From Clostridia bacterium (GTDB lineage: Bacteria; Bacillota; Clostridia; HGM11514), in assembly GCA_045586685.1 (NCBI GenBank), contig JAZNAU010000033.1:2717-34716 (forward strand): a DNA stretch of 32,000 nt. Direction: 5' to 3'. The notes beneath the pieces were generated by a model. That model did not search any database. It saw nothing but the letters and a program-made list of their open reading frames with translations, and was not told the origin of the DNA. Both the position numbers and the translations under genes were made by a program. Shown one piece after another: positions 17,281 through 26,595 of this stretch; position 1 is the first letter of the stretch, and each line of letters begins with the position of its first letter.

Positions 17281-18468
17281 TTATTTTCTGCATTGCCGCG
17301 AAACATTCAGCAAAATTCCCATACCGCTCATTAAGAATACCAGGGATGAACCCCCTGCACTAAAGAAGGGAAGCTGCATTCCCGTAACCGGCATACTGGC
17401 AGTAACAACCGCCACATTGATGATGACCTGAATGGCAATAAGAGCCGTCATCCCAAAGGCAAGATAAGAACCAAGCTTATCGGGTGCATTCAGGGCAATT
17501 TTAATTCCTCTCCAGATTAACAGAGCAAACAGGGAAAGAACCAGAATGGCTCCCAACCAGCCAAGCTCTTCACAGATAATTGAAAAAATAAAGTCATTTT
17601 GGGGTTCTGGAATGTACAAATATTTCTGTCGGCTTCGACCCAGACCCACACCAAACAGCCCGCCTGAACCAATGGCATACAAACTCTGGACAATCTGCCA
17701 ACCTTCATCCATCTTATTGGCAAAGGGATCCATAAAAGTAGTGATTCGTTCCAAGCGATACGGTTCTTGCACAATAGCAACCACTGCCACTGCCACAACA
17801 CCGACAAGGGCGATACCGAAATGAGCCAGCTTCACTCCACCGACGAACAACAAAAGCATAGATACTCCGGCAAGGACAACCGTTCCGCTCAGATGTTTTT
17901 CTGCCAGTACCAGCCCGCAAAAAACTGCTATTACTAAAAGGTAGGACCCTAATGCTTTTATGTTGTGAAACGCATTGTCCTTTTCCTGAGAAAGACGGTA
18001 AGATAAATAGATAATCAGTACAATTTTTGCAAGCTCGGAGGGCTGAATACTAAAACCGCCCACCCCCAGCCAACGTTTTGCACCATTTACTTCATTTCCC
18101 GCAACCAAAACCAGAAGCAACAAAACAATCGTTACTGCCATAACAAGAGGCAATCGTTTGACAATCACATGATAATCGGCTCTTGAGAAAAACATCATGG
18201 CCACAAATCCAATCAGTGCCCACCTTCCTTGAGAAAAAAGATAATGATAGCTGTTTCCGTACTCATAATAAGCATTGATAGAGCTTGCACTGAACACCAT
18301 AATCAATCCAAAGGATACCAGAATTACCAACAAGGTAAACAACACTACATCCATCTGCCCTTGTTTTTTTTGCTGAGGCATAGAAGAAATTTTTGTTCCG
18401 GAAACAGAGCCGGATTTCACGGCATTCGATTTTCTCTTTTGCAGTTGTAGTTTCTGTTTCCGAGTCAT
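17281..18468 (-). CDS. ftsW: SEDS-family peptidoglycan glycosyltransferase FtsW/SpoVE
   Basis: 395 aa and polytopic, with SEDS motifs SIQPSELAKI, PEPQNDFIFS and LPFFSAGGSSL. It lies between mraY and murG. Confidence 0.92.
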   Translation of the reverse strand: MTRKQKLQLQKRKSNAVKSGSVSGTKISSMPQQKKQGQMDVVLFTLLVILVSFGLIMVFSASSINAYYEYGNSYHYLFSQGRWALIGFVAMMFFSRADYHVIVKRLPLVMAVTIVLLLLVLVAGNEVNGAKRWLGVGGFSIQPSELAKIVLIIYLSYRLSQEKDNAFHNIKALGSYLLVIAVFCGLVLAEKHLSGTVVLAGVSMLLLFVGGVKLAHFGIALVGVVAVAVVAIVQEPYRLERITTFMDPFANKMDEGWQIVQSLYAIGSGGLFGVGLGRSRQKYLYIPEPQNDFIFSIICEELGWLGAILVLSLFALLIWRGIKIALNAPDKLGSYLAFGMTALIAIQVIINVAVVTASMPVTGMQLPFFSAGGSSLVFLMSGMGILLNVSRQCRK

Positions 18469-18489
18469 AATTTCCCGTCCTTTCTATTA

Positions 18490-19434
18490 TCAAATCGCAG
18501 CTGCGGCAATAAAGCAAAGGATTGCCGTTATTACACAAAATGTCAATACAATTTTTTTCTCGCTCCATCCGCACAGTTCAAAATGATGATGAATAGGAGA
18601 CATTTTAAAAATCCGCTTCTTTGTCAGTTTGAAAGAGGCAACCTGCAAAATCACAGATAGCGTTTCCATAAAATAAACAAATCCGATGAGCAACAATAAC
18701 AAAGGTTGACCGAGGAGTACCGCACAAGCACTGACCAATCCCCCCAAAAAGAGGGAGCCGGTATCCCCCATAAACACCTTTGCAGGATAATGATTATATA
18801 CCAAAAAACCCAAACATCCCGCTAAGGCAAAAATAGAGAGACGCATAAGTCCATCTTCCGTGTACTGCCATGCCATGCCTGCCATAAACAACATTACAAT
18901 AGAGGTAACGCTTGTTGCCAGACCGTCAATTCCGTCAGTTAAATTCACGCTGTTTTCCGTGCCCAAAATCACAAACAGGATAAAAGGCACATAAAGCCAG
19001 CCTAAATTCACCTCTGCTCCCGAAAAGGGAATTAGAATGGTTGTTCCGTTTTTGATGATTGCCGCCACAGTCAGAATAATGGCAACTATCAACTGAAGCA
19101 AAAATTTTTGCTTTGACGTAAGCCCCAGATTTCTCTTTTTGGCAACTTTAATATAATCATCATAAAAACCGATAGCACCAAACAAAAGGGCAACCATCAA
19201 TGCAATCCAACCGTTGCTGTCACGCAAGCAAAAGAAAGATGCAAGAAGTATTCCCAGAATAAACATAATACCGCCCATAGTAGGAGTTCCCTGCTTATTT
19301 TTGTGCCAGTTTGGACCGATTTCCAGAATACTCTGACCAAATTTCAAGCTGACTAACCAGCGAATGATAAACGGTCCTGTGAATACTGTTACCAAAAATG
19401 CAATCAAAAATCCAACAAAACTCAATTTTTCCAC
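18490..19434 (-). CDS. mraY: Phospho-N-acetylmuramoyl-pentapeptide transferase MraY
   Basis: It contains KFGQSILEIGPNWHKNKQGTPTMGG, NLTDGIDGLA and MGDTGSLFLGG motifs. The track ORF is over-extended into murF. The likely start is GTG at 19434 or TTG at 19425, next to the murF stop. Confidence 0.93.
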   Translation of the reverse strand: MEKLSFVGFLIAFLVTVFTGPFIIRWLVSLKFGQSILEIGPNWHKNKQGTPTMGGIMFILGILLASFFCLRDSNGWIALMVALLFGAIGFYDDYIKVAKKRNLGLTSKQKFLLQLIVAIILTVAAIIKNGTTILIPFSGAEVNLGWLYVPFILFVILGTENSVNLTDGIDGLATSVTSIVMLFMAGMAWQYTEDGLMRLSIFALAGCLGFLVYNHYPAKVFMGDTGSLFLGGLVSACAVLLGQPLLLLLIGFVYFMETLSVILQVASFKLTKKRIFKMSPIHHHFELCGWSEKKIVLTFCVITAILCFIAAAAI

Positions 19435-20759
19435 CCCTCGTTCATCCGGTTCCAGATTTCCTCCATCTTCATTCCTCGGGAGCCTTTTATGAGCACTGTG
19501 TCCCCCTCGCAAAGATAAGAGCTTAAAAACCGGCAAAGTTCTTCATTTGTTGTAAAATGCTGTTTATTCAAAACGTCAGCACCTCGATTTATCTGTTCCG
19601 ACGCCTTCCCTACGGTAAACACTCCGTCAAGACCGGAGGCAAACTGTCCGATTTCAAAATGGGCTTGTTCACTGTAATCTCCTAACTCCAGCATATCGCC
19701 TAGTAATGCAATTTTTCTGTTTCCGTCAGATTCTCTCAACACCGAAATTCCGGCACGCATAGAATCGGGATTGGCATTATAGCAATCTAAAATCACGGTA
19801 ATGCCGTCCTTTTTTTCCGTTCTCATTCTCATTCCCACACTTTGGGATTCCTCAATGCCCTTTTTAATCAGTTCAGCGGGAACGTCAAACAAAAGTCCTG
19901 TGGCAACCGCCGCCAGAGCATTGCTGATATTATGCCGTCCCGGTACAGGGACGGTAACCCTCTCGGGTAATTTTTTACAGGTAAAGGAAAACAGCTGTTG
20001 TTCCACTTGTATTTCTTCCCCACGGATTTGGCAGTTTTCTCCGCATCCGTACCGAATTACCGATACATCAGGGTTTGCCTGATTCAGATAGTCATCATCT
20101 CCGTTGAACAGAGCAACACCCTCTTTTGACAAGCCCTCTAAAATTTCCAGCTTGGCTTTTAAAATCCCCTCACGGGAGCCTAAATTCTCAACATGAGACA
20201 TTCCGATATTGTTAATAATCACCACATCGGGACGAGCGGAACGGGTCAAACGGGACAACTCCCCAAAATGGTTCATACCCATTTCCACAACCGCCAATTC
20301 ATGGCAGTCCTCCAAACGAAACAAGGTGAGAGGAACACCAATTTCATTATTAAAATTTCCTTCTGTTTTCAGACAGCAATATTTTTGGGACAGCACCGCC
20401 GCCACCATTTCCTTTGTGGTGGTTTTCCCAACACTTCCCGTAATGGCAACCACAGGAATAGGAAACTGTCTGCGATACCCTGCCGCCAAATCAAGAAGAG
20501 CCTGAGACGTATCCTTTACCCTAAGATAGGGCCCCCCCTCAAAGGGAATTTCTCCCATGACCGCAGCCGCACCCTGTTCCAAAGCTTGCTGTAAAAACGC
20601 ATGACCGTCAAACCGTTCCCCTTTTAGTGCCACAAACAAACACCCGGGGGTAATCTTTCTGCTGTCGGTACAAATATCACTAATGACAACAGTTTCCTCC
20701 ACAAGCTGGGGCACTGCATTGCTCCATTCTATCAAATTTTTTAACACTGTGGGCTTCAT
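19422..20759 (-). CDS. murF: UDP-N-acetylmuramoyl-tripeptide--D-alanyl-D-alanine ligase MurF
   Basis: 445 aa. It has the Mur ligase P-loop ITGSVGKTTTKEM and an N-terminal DSRKITPGCLFVALKGERFDGH. Its start abuts the murE stop (TAAATG). Confidence 0.95.
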   Translation of the reverse strand: MKPTVLKNLIEWSNAVPQLVEETVVISDICTDSRKITPGCLFVALKGERFDGHAFLQQALEQGAAAVMGEIPFEGGPYLRVKDTSQALLDLAAGYRRQFPIPVVAITGSVGKTTTKEMVAAVLSQKYCCLKTEGNFNNEIGVPLTLFRLEDCHELAVVEMGMNHFGELSRLTRSARPDVVIINNIGMSHVENLGSREGILKAKLEILEGLSKEGVALFNGDDDYLNQANPDVSVIRYGCGENCQIRGEEIQVEQQLFSFTCKKLPERVTVPVPGRHNISNALAAVATGLLFDVPAELIKKGIEESQSVGMRMRTEKKDGITVILDCYNANPDSMRAGISVLRESDGNRKIALLGDMLELGDYSEQAHFEIGQFASGLDGVFTVGKASEQINRGADVLNKQHFTTNEELCRFLSSYLCEGDTVLIKGSRGMKMEEIWNRMNEGWKN

Positions 20760-22202
20760 TTATTGTTCTAACTCCTTTAACCATTCCTCTACCACTTCAC
20801 GCTCATCAAAATGAATGGTTCCTTCTTTTAGAATCTGATAGGTTTCATGCCCCTTTCCCGCCAGAATAATCACATCGTCAGGTTGTGCATTTTTCAGTGC
20901 AAAACCGATGGCATCCCGACGGTTTACAATCACAACATAGTCACAACCCGTCTTTGAAATGCCCTCTTCAATCTCTTGGATAATGGCTTGGGGATTTTCT
21001 GTTCTGGGATTATCCGAGGTAACGATACAAAAATCAGATAATTCTCCCGCAACCTTGCCCATCAAAGGTCGTTTTGTACGGTCACGGTCTCCTCCGCAAC
21101 CAAACAGCGTCACCACTCTGCCCTTGGCAAAGCCACGTACACTCTTAATAATATTTTCCAGACCATCCGGTGTATGAGCATAATCAATCATGACAGTATA
21201 AGGTTTTCCCAAAGGAAGCACCTCTGCCCGACCGCTGACCCCCGACACATCGGAAAGTCCTTTTACAATCACATCAGACGGAACACCGCACACCGTACAG
21301 ATTCCGATGGCACAAAGGCCGTTGTATACAGAAAATTTTCCGGGTGTATTTAAAGTAATTCTCATTTCCTTGCCCAAAATATTTCCGGTAAACATAGAAG
21401 CTTCTCTGCCAAACTCCATATCGAAAGCATAAATATCTGCTGCATTGTCCACCCCGTAGGATAAGGGGACACAACTGCATTGCTTCAAAATACGGATTCC
21501 CGCATCATCATCTATATTAACAACACCTGTTTTACATAAATCAAACAGCTTTGCCTTTGCCTGAAAATAATGCTCCATATCCTGATGAAAATCCAGATGG
21601 TCCCGAGTCAGATTGGTAAACGCTCCCACATCAATATCGCAGTATGCCACACGGGACAGTTCAAGCGAATGAGAGGAGATTTCCATAATCACATAATCAA
21701 CACCATGTTCCGCCATTTGCGCAAGCAGTTCCTGAAGCTCCAGTGATTCGGGTGTAGTGCGTTCAGAGGGAAGAACCGTATTCCCGATCATATTCTGATT
21801 GGTACCGATTAACCCCACGCAATATCCCGCATTTTCCAGAATTTTCTTCACCAAATAGGTGGTGGTTGTTTTTCCATTGGTTCCGGTAACACCGATTACT
21901 TTCATTTTTCCGGAAGGGTGACCGTAATAACGGTCTGCAAGAAATGCCAGTGCTTTACGGCTGTCATCCACAATCACCTGAGGAACAGATGCCTCCACCT
22001 CATGCTCACAAATCAATACAGAAGCACCCCTTTTGGCAGCATCCTCTGCGTAGCGGTGTCCATCTGTAACAAAGCCAGTCACACACACAAAGACCGAGCC
22101 TTCCATGACCTTTTGGGAATTATAACAAATATCCTTAATTTCCACATTGGGAACAGGACTTAGCAGTCCTGAATAGTCACTGAATAACTGTGTAAGCTTC
22201 AT
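20760..22202 (-). CDS. murE: UDP-N-acetylmuramoyl-L-alanyl-D-glutamate--2,6-diaminopimelate ligase MurE
   Basis: 480 aa with the P-loop VTGTNGKTTTTY. The DNPR motif (TSDNPRTENP) is associated with meso-DAP specificity. Confidence 0.95.
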   Translation of the reverse strand: MKLTQLFSDYSGLLSPVPNVEIKDICYNSQKVMEGSVFVCVTGFVTDGHRYAEDAAKRGASVLICEHEVEASVPQVIVDDSRKALAFLADRYYGHPSGKMKVIGVTGTNGKTTTTYLVKKILENAGYCVGLIGTNQNMIGNTVLPSERTTPESLELQELLAQMAEHGVDYVIMEISSHSLELSRVAYCDIDVGAFTNLTRDHLDFHQDMEHYFQAKAKLFDLCKTGVVNIDDDAGIRILKQCSCVPLSYGVDNAADIYAFDMEFGREASMFTGNILGKEMRITLNTPGKFSVYNGLCAIGICTVCGVPSDVIVKGLSDVSGVSGRAEVLPLGKPYTVMIDYAHTPDGLENIIKSVRGFAKGRVVTLFGCGGDRDRTKRPLMGKVAGELSDFCIVTSDNPRTENPQAIIQEIEEGISKTGCDYVVIVNRRDAIGFALKNAQPDDVIILAGKGHETYQILKEGTIHFDEREVVEEWLKELEQ

Positions 22203-22227
22203 ACTGTTTTCCCCTTCCTGTCATTCC

Positions 22228-24438
22228 TTAATAATCACTAATCTGCGAACGGAAGTCAACCGAAACGGTACTGCCGCTTACCACCTCTTCCCCTGCAGCA
22301 GGAGTTTGAGAATAAGCAGTTACACTGTTTTCCTGATTAGGAGCAACATCTGTAAACCGACAGTTCAGACCATATTCTGCTAAAGTTCGTCTTGCCTCGG
22401 CAGGAGTCATGCCCATTACGTCAGGAACCTTTACCTTCTGGTCTTCCATTTGCTTTTGCGTATATAAAATAACAGTTGAATTCAATTCCATGGTAACGCT
22501 TCCTACAGGAATCTGAGACAATATTGTCTCCCCGTCACCCATAATCTGATAATTAAGCCCTGCAGCAGATAAGGTATTGGCAGCTTCATTTACTGTTAAA
22601 TCCACAACATTGGGAACATTCACCGTTTCCTCTGCTTCCTCTTCTTCTGTATACTGAGGCTCCATTCCCAAATAGTGTAAGGTATCCTCTAAAATAGAAC
22701 GGACAACCGGTGCCGCAATGGTACCGCCGTAGTACACCCCGATGGGTTCGTCCAGGATAACCAGCACCACTACCTGGGGATCATCCACAGGAGCAATACC
22801 CACACAAGAGGCGATATACTTTCCGTTGCCACGGGGCAATTTTTCAGAGGTTCCCGTTTTTCCGCCTACACGATACCCCTTAATATAAGCGTTAGATGCC
22901 GCACCATCCAGTACAACCTGTTCCATGATATTTCGCATGGTGCCAGCGGTTTCGGAGGACATAATTTGACGTACAGGCTCAGGTTCAATGGTTTTTACTA
23001 CATTTCCTTCCTGATCGGTCATCTGTTTTACCAAATGGGGCTGATACAAGGTGCCTCCGTTACAGATAGCAGATACAAAGCTTGCCAGCTGTAAAGGCGT
23101 AACCTGCAAGCCCTGACCGAAAGAGGAGGTTGCCAGCTGTACTTCGTTGAAATCCGCTTTAGAAAAGAATACGCCGTTTGCCTCACCGGGTAAATCAATT
23201 CCGGTCAAATCACGAAATCCAAAGGCTTCTACAAACCGGAAAAAGTTGTCATTTCCAATTCGTTCTGCAATCTGCATCAAAGCAGGGTTACAGGAATTAC
23301 AAATGGCTTTTACAAAGGTCTGCGGTCCGTGACCTGCAGTATGGTGACAGTTGATTTTCTTGTCCGCCACACGATAAGAACCTCCGCAGTCAAAGATATC
23401 GTCAAGCTTGCAAACATTCTGCTCCAATGCGGCAACTGCGGTGGCAAGCTTAAAGGTAGAGCCCGGCTCATAACTGTCCGTTACCGCTTTGTTTCTCCAC
23501 ATTTTGAAGAGCATTTCTGTTTCCCGTTTACCCAGCTCCTCATCGGATAAATCGTCCTTATCTATTCCTTCGTCCTTTAATTTTTCTTCCAGCTCCTCCT
23601 CTGCTTCTTCTGTCAGAGTTCTGGGCTGATTCAAATCATAATCAGGAAGGGAACACATGGCGTAAATTTCCCCTGTTTGGGGATTCATCACAATTGCCGC
23701 TGCACCTGCCCCCAAATCGTTTTCAATATACGCCTTTTCCAAATATTTTTCTACAAAGTGCTGAATGGTTTCATCAATGGTCAGCACCAGATTTTGCCCA
23801 TCCACAGGGTCGATGTATTGTTCAAATTTATAGGGTACATCCGTTCCCTTGGCATTGCTTGCAGTTACAATACGGCCGGGAGTACCCGCCAATACGCTGT
23901 CATACTGTGCTTCCAGTCCGTCCAGACCTTGATTGTCGTTTCCGGTAAAGCCAAGCACATGGGAAGCAAATTTTCCGTAAGGATAATACCTCTTGGTATC
24001 CTCATCCAGATTAACCCCCGGCAATTCCAGTTCACGGATTCTATCCGCCGTATCCTTTTCCACACGGCGGGCAATAGACACATAATAGCTGTTTGCCGTT
24101 ACCTTTTTTCGCACAGCATCTTCGTCTAAATCCAAAATATCAGACAAGGCCTTCACAACCTCATCTTCATTTCCTTGTTCCTTAATCACATTGGGGGAAA
24201 CGGAGACCTGCTCTACGCTTGCACTGACTGCCAGAGTCTTGCCGTTTCTGTCTAAAATTGCACCTCTCTTTGCACTGACCTGACGATCTGTTGTCTGTTG
24301 CTCCAAGGCTCCCTTTTGAAGCTCCTCACCGCGGACAATCTGCAAATATCCCGTCCGCAGAATCAGCCCCAAAAGAACTACCACTACCACCGAAAAGATA
24401 AAAACAATCCGCTTGTTCATCTGTTTATTCAAAGCCAT
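22228..24438 (-). CDS. Class B penicillin-binding protein with two C-terminal PASTA domains (FtsI/PBP2B/SpoVD-like transpeptidase)
   Basis: 736 aa with an N-terminal TM helix and a PBP dimerisation domain. The transpeptidase motifs are STFK (GSTFKLATA), SCN and KTGT (GGKTGTSEK). Two PASTA repeats lie near the C-terminus (VPNVVDLTVNEAANTLSAAGL; VPDVMGMTPAEARRTLAEYGL). Confidence 0.95.
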   Translation of the reverse strand: MALNKQMNKRIVFIFSVVVVVLLGLILRTGYLQIVRGEELQKGALEQQTTDRQVSAKRGAILDRNGKTLAVSASVEQVSVSPNVIKEQGNEDEVVKALSDILDLDEDAVRKKVTANSYYVSIARRVEKDTADRIRELELPGVNLDEDTKRYYPYGKFASHVLGFTGNDNQGLDGLEAQYDSVLAGTPGRIVTASNAKGTDVPYKFEQYIDPVDGQNLVLTIDETIQHFVEKYLEKAYIENDLGAGAAAIVMNPQTGEIYAMCSLPDYDLNQPRTLTEEAEEELEEKLKDEGIDKDDLSDEELGKRETEMLFKMWRNKAVTDSYEPGSTFKLATAVAALEQNVCKLDDIFDCGGSYRVADKKINCHHTAGHGPQTFVKAICNSCNPALMQIAERIGNDNFFRFVEAFGFRDLTGIDLPGEANGVFFSKADFNEVQLATSSFGQGLQVTPLQLASFVSAICNGGTLYQPHLVKQMTDQEGNVVKTIEPEPVRQIMSSETAGTMRNIMEQVVLDGAASNAYIKGYRVGGKTGTSEKLPRGNGKYIASCVGIAPVDDPQVVVLVILDEPIGVYYGGTIAAPVVRSILEDTLHYLGMEPQYTEEEEAEETVNVPNVVDLTVNEAANTLSAAGLNYQIMGDGETILSQIPVGSVTMELNSTVILYTQKQMEDQKVKVPDVMGMTPAEARRTLAEYGLNCRFTDVAPNQENSVTAYSQTPAAGEEVVSGSTVSVDFRSQISDY

Positions 24439-24480
24439 TTTCAGGGCTCAGCTCCTTTCTGAAAAACTTCCCAAATTTCT

Positions 24481-24516
24481 AAAAAAACCAAGGCAACCCC
24501 TAAGATTGCCTCGGCA
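24481..24516 (-). terminator. Intrinsic terminator-like hairpin between ftsL and the bPBP gene (possible attenuator)
   Basis: The minus strand reads CCGAGGCAA-TCTTAGGGG-TTGCCTTGG followed by TTTTTTT. It has a 9-bp stem (one G-U pair) and a U7 tail, and lies 43 nt upstream of the PBP start. Confidence 0.6.
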
Positions 24517-24596
24517 CCTTTTTTGCAATTTATCCCCCAAACAGACTTTTTTCGGGGGATTATAGACACGCAATCTATCACAATATATGAATCCGA

Positions 24597-25124
24597 TTAA
24601 TACAAATATTCCAAAACGTTCCCCAAAGTCTGAATAATGGTAGCATAAAAATTCTTTCCCTCAGCGGTTTCTTTCATTTCCTCCGCTACCTCTATATAAT
24701 CGTCTCCCTGAATATTTACATACACCGTCTGATATTTTTCAGGCTTGCCCATTCCAAGCTCTGTCATGGCAATCCGTTCCACATTATCCAGATTCAGGGC
24801 ACTGTCAATCTCCACCTGTAACCGTTTGTTTTCGTCCAAAATAGTATTTCGCTCTACCTTCAGAATTCCAAGCTGATGATCCCGCTCCACAATAGCAGAA
24901 TAACGGAATAAAATCAGCAATGCCGCAACACAAATTAACAGAACATTGCCAATCAGCCGAGCCGGTAATCTTCTTGCTCCGGAGGTATGCTGTACAGCAG
25001 TCTGTTTATGCTTTTCTACTTCAGTATTTAATTTTACTCTCCGCATCTCGCCCTGCCGTACTACACTCACGGGATCATTCTCATATAACCGATATGCAGA
25101 GGAAGAATTTGCTCTTCTGGACAT
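24597..25124 (-). CDS. ftsL: Cell division protein FtsL (long form)
   Basis: 175 aa with a cytoplasmic basic N-terminus, a TM helix (LIGNVLLICVAALLILF), a coiled coil, and LDNVERIAMTELGMGKP typical of FtsL. It lies between rsmH and the PBP gene. The RBS is AAGGAG with an 8-nt spacer. Confidence 0.85.
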   Translation of the reverse strand: MSRRANSSSAYRLYENDPVSVVRQGEMRRVKLNTEVEKHKQTAVQHTSGARRLPARLIGNVLLICVAALLILFRYSAIVERDHQLGILKVERNTILDENKRLQVEIDSALNLDNVERIAMTELGMGKPEKYQTVYVNIQGDDYIEVAEEMKETAEGKNFYATIIQTLGNVLEYLY

Positions 25125-25139
25125 ACTATGTACTCCTTT

Positions 25140-26069
25140 TTATATCTTTTCAATCACTCGTAATTTTGCGCTCTTTGCTCTGGGGTTTTGGGCAAGTTCT
25201 TCCGGTCTTGCCACAACCGCTTTTTTCAGTACCATTTTTCCCTTTGGCTGGTTTCCGCAAACACAAACAGGAAATTCAGGGGGGCAGGTACAGCCCGTAC
25301 ATTTTTCACGAAAGCTCTGTTTTACCATTCTGTCTTCCAAGGAATGAAAGGTAATCACGGCAAGTCTGCCGCCTGGCTTTAAACACTCAAAAAAATCAGT
25401 TAATGCTTTTTCTAAAACCTCAAGCTCCTTGTTTACCTCAATACGAATTGCCTGAAAGGTTCGTTTTGCCGGATGCTTGTCCGAAGGTCTGTTTCCCATA
25501 GCACTGCGGATAACTTCCGTCAGTTCAAAAGTGGTTGCAATGGGTTTTTCTTCCCGTCTCTTGACAATCATCCTTGCAATTTTTCTTGCAAATCGTTCTT
25601 CGCCATAGGTGAAAATCACACGAGCAAGGGCTTCTTCGGAATAAGTATTGACCACATCAAAAGCGGATAAGGTTGCATCCTTGTTCATCCGCATATCAAG
25701 AGGGGCGTCAAACCGATAGGAAAATCCCCGTTCCGCCTCGTCCAACTGATAGGAGGAAACCCCCAAATCCAGCATGGCTCCGTCAATACCGTCAATCTGA
25801 CATTCTTTTAATATCTCCTTAATGTCAGAAAAATTCCTATTCATATATAATACGCCGTAATCCTCTGAAATCCTCTTTTTTGCCGCCAATATTGCATCTG
25901 AATCCTGATCAATGCCAATCAACGTGCCCTTTTTGCCCAGTTTTTCCAGAAGGTAAGCCGCATGACCGCCACCGCCCAAGGTTCCGTCAACATAAATTCC
26001 GCCCGAGCGAACATTCAGCGAATCCACTGTTTCGTGAAGAAGCACGGACACATGAGAAAATTCTCCCAT
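25140..26069 (-). CDS. rsmH: 16S rRNA (cytosine1402-N4)-methyltransferase RsmH (MraW)
   Basis: 309 aa. The sequence HVSVLLHETVDSLNVRSGGIYVDGTLGGGGHA..GIDQD..DLGVSSYQLD is the canonical RsmH pattern. Confidence 0.96.
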   Translation of the reverse strand: MGEFSHVSVLLHETVDSLNVRSGGIYVDGTLGGGGHAAYLLEKLGKKGTLIGIDQDSDAILAAKKRISEDYGVLYMNRNFSDIKEILKECQIDGIDGAMLDLGVSSYQLDEAERGFSYRFDAPLDMRMNKDATLSAFDVVNTYSEEALARVIFTYGEERFARKIARMIVKRREEKPIATTFELTEVIRSAMGNRPSDKHPAKRTFQAIRIEVNKELEVLEKALTDFFECLKPGGRLAVITFHSLEDRMVKQSFREKCTGCTCPPEFPVCVCGNQPKGKMVLKKAVVARPEELAQNPRAKSAKLRVIEKI

Positions 26070-26081
26070 ATCACCTACTCC

Positions 26082-26504
26082 TTACATTCCCATATCTTCC
26101 AACATCTGAGCAACCTCATCAGTATCAATTTCAGCATAGGTGTTCCAGGCATTCTTTGCCCAAATTTCCAAGCGGTCAGAAACTCCGATTACCACAACCT
26201 CACGGTCGGTAATATGAGCATGATCCTTCAGACACTGATCCAGCATCACTCTTCCTTGCTTGTCCAGCGAGCATTTTTTCAAACCTGATGTAAAAAATCG
26301 TTGCACTTTTCTCGCCTTGGAAAAAGGAAGTTCTCTGATGGTAGCAAAAAACTCTCTGCCTTTTTCTTCAGGAAATACAAACAAGCAGTCGTCCAGCCCT
26401 TTTGTAATATAGAAAACATCTCCCAGTCCCTCCCGAAATCCGACAGGTACTGTGAGTCTGCTTTTATCATCCAAATTACAAGCAACCTCTCCGCTGAACA
26501 GCAT
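26082..26504 (-). CDS. mraZ: Transcriptional regulator MraZ
   Basis: The sequence MLFSGEVACNLDDKSRLTVPVGFRE...DKQGRVMLDQCLKDHA shows two SpoVT/AbrB-like repeats with the DxxGR motif. The track TTG start at 26525 is replaced by the ATG at 26504, which is preceded by AGGAGTG with a 6-nt spacer. Confidence 0.92.
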   Translation of the reverse strand: MLFSGEVACNLDDKSRLTVPVGFREGLGDVFYITKGLDDCLFVFPEEKGREFFATIRELPFSKARKVQRFFTSGLKKCSLDKQGRVMLDQCLKDHAHITDREVVVIGVSDRLEIWAKNAWNTYAEIDTDEVAQMLEDMGM

Positions 26505-26549
26505 GATTTGCACTCCTATAATCAATTAAGGGTAATTTTACCGTTCGCG

Positions 26550-26585
26550 CCCCACTTTTTCCCACAAGGCACCACTTTTCCCCAC
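26550..26585 (-). promoter_or_regulatory. Putative MraZ operator: four direct GTGGKR repeats at exact 10-bp spacing
   Basis: The minus strand reads GTGGGG-aaaa-GTGGTG-cctt-GTGGGA-aaaa-GTGGGG. The plus-strand hexamers CCCCAC, TCCCAC, CACCAC and CCCCAC begin at 26550, 26560, 26570 and 26580. The array lies between the predicted promoter and the mraZ start. It resembles the reported MraZ binding repeats (GTGGG/TGGGN with about 10-bp periodicity). Confidence 0.7.
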
Positions 26586-26595
26586 CCTCAATTTA

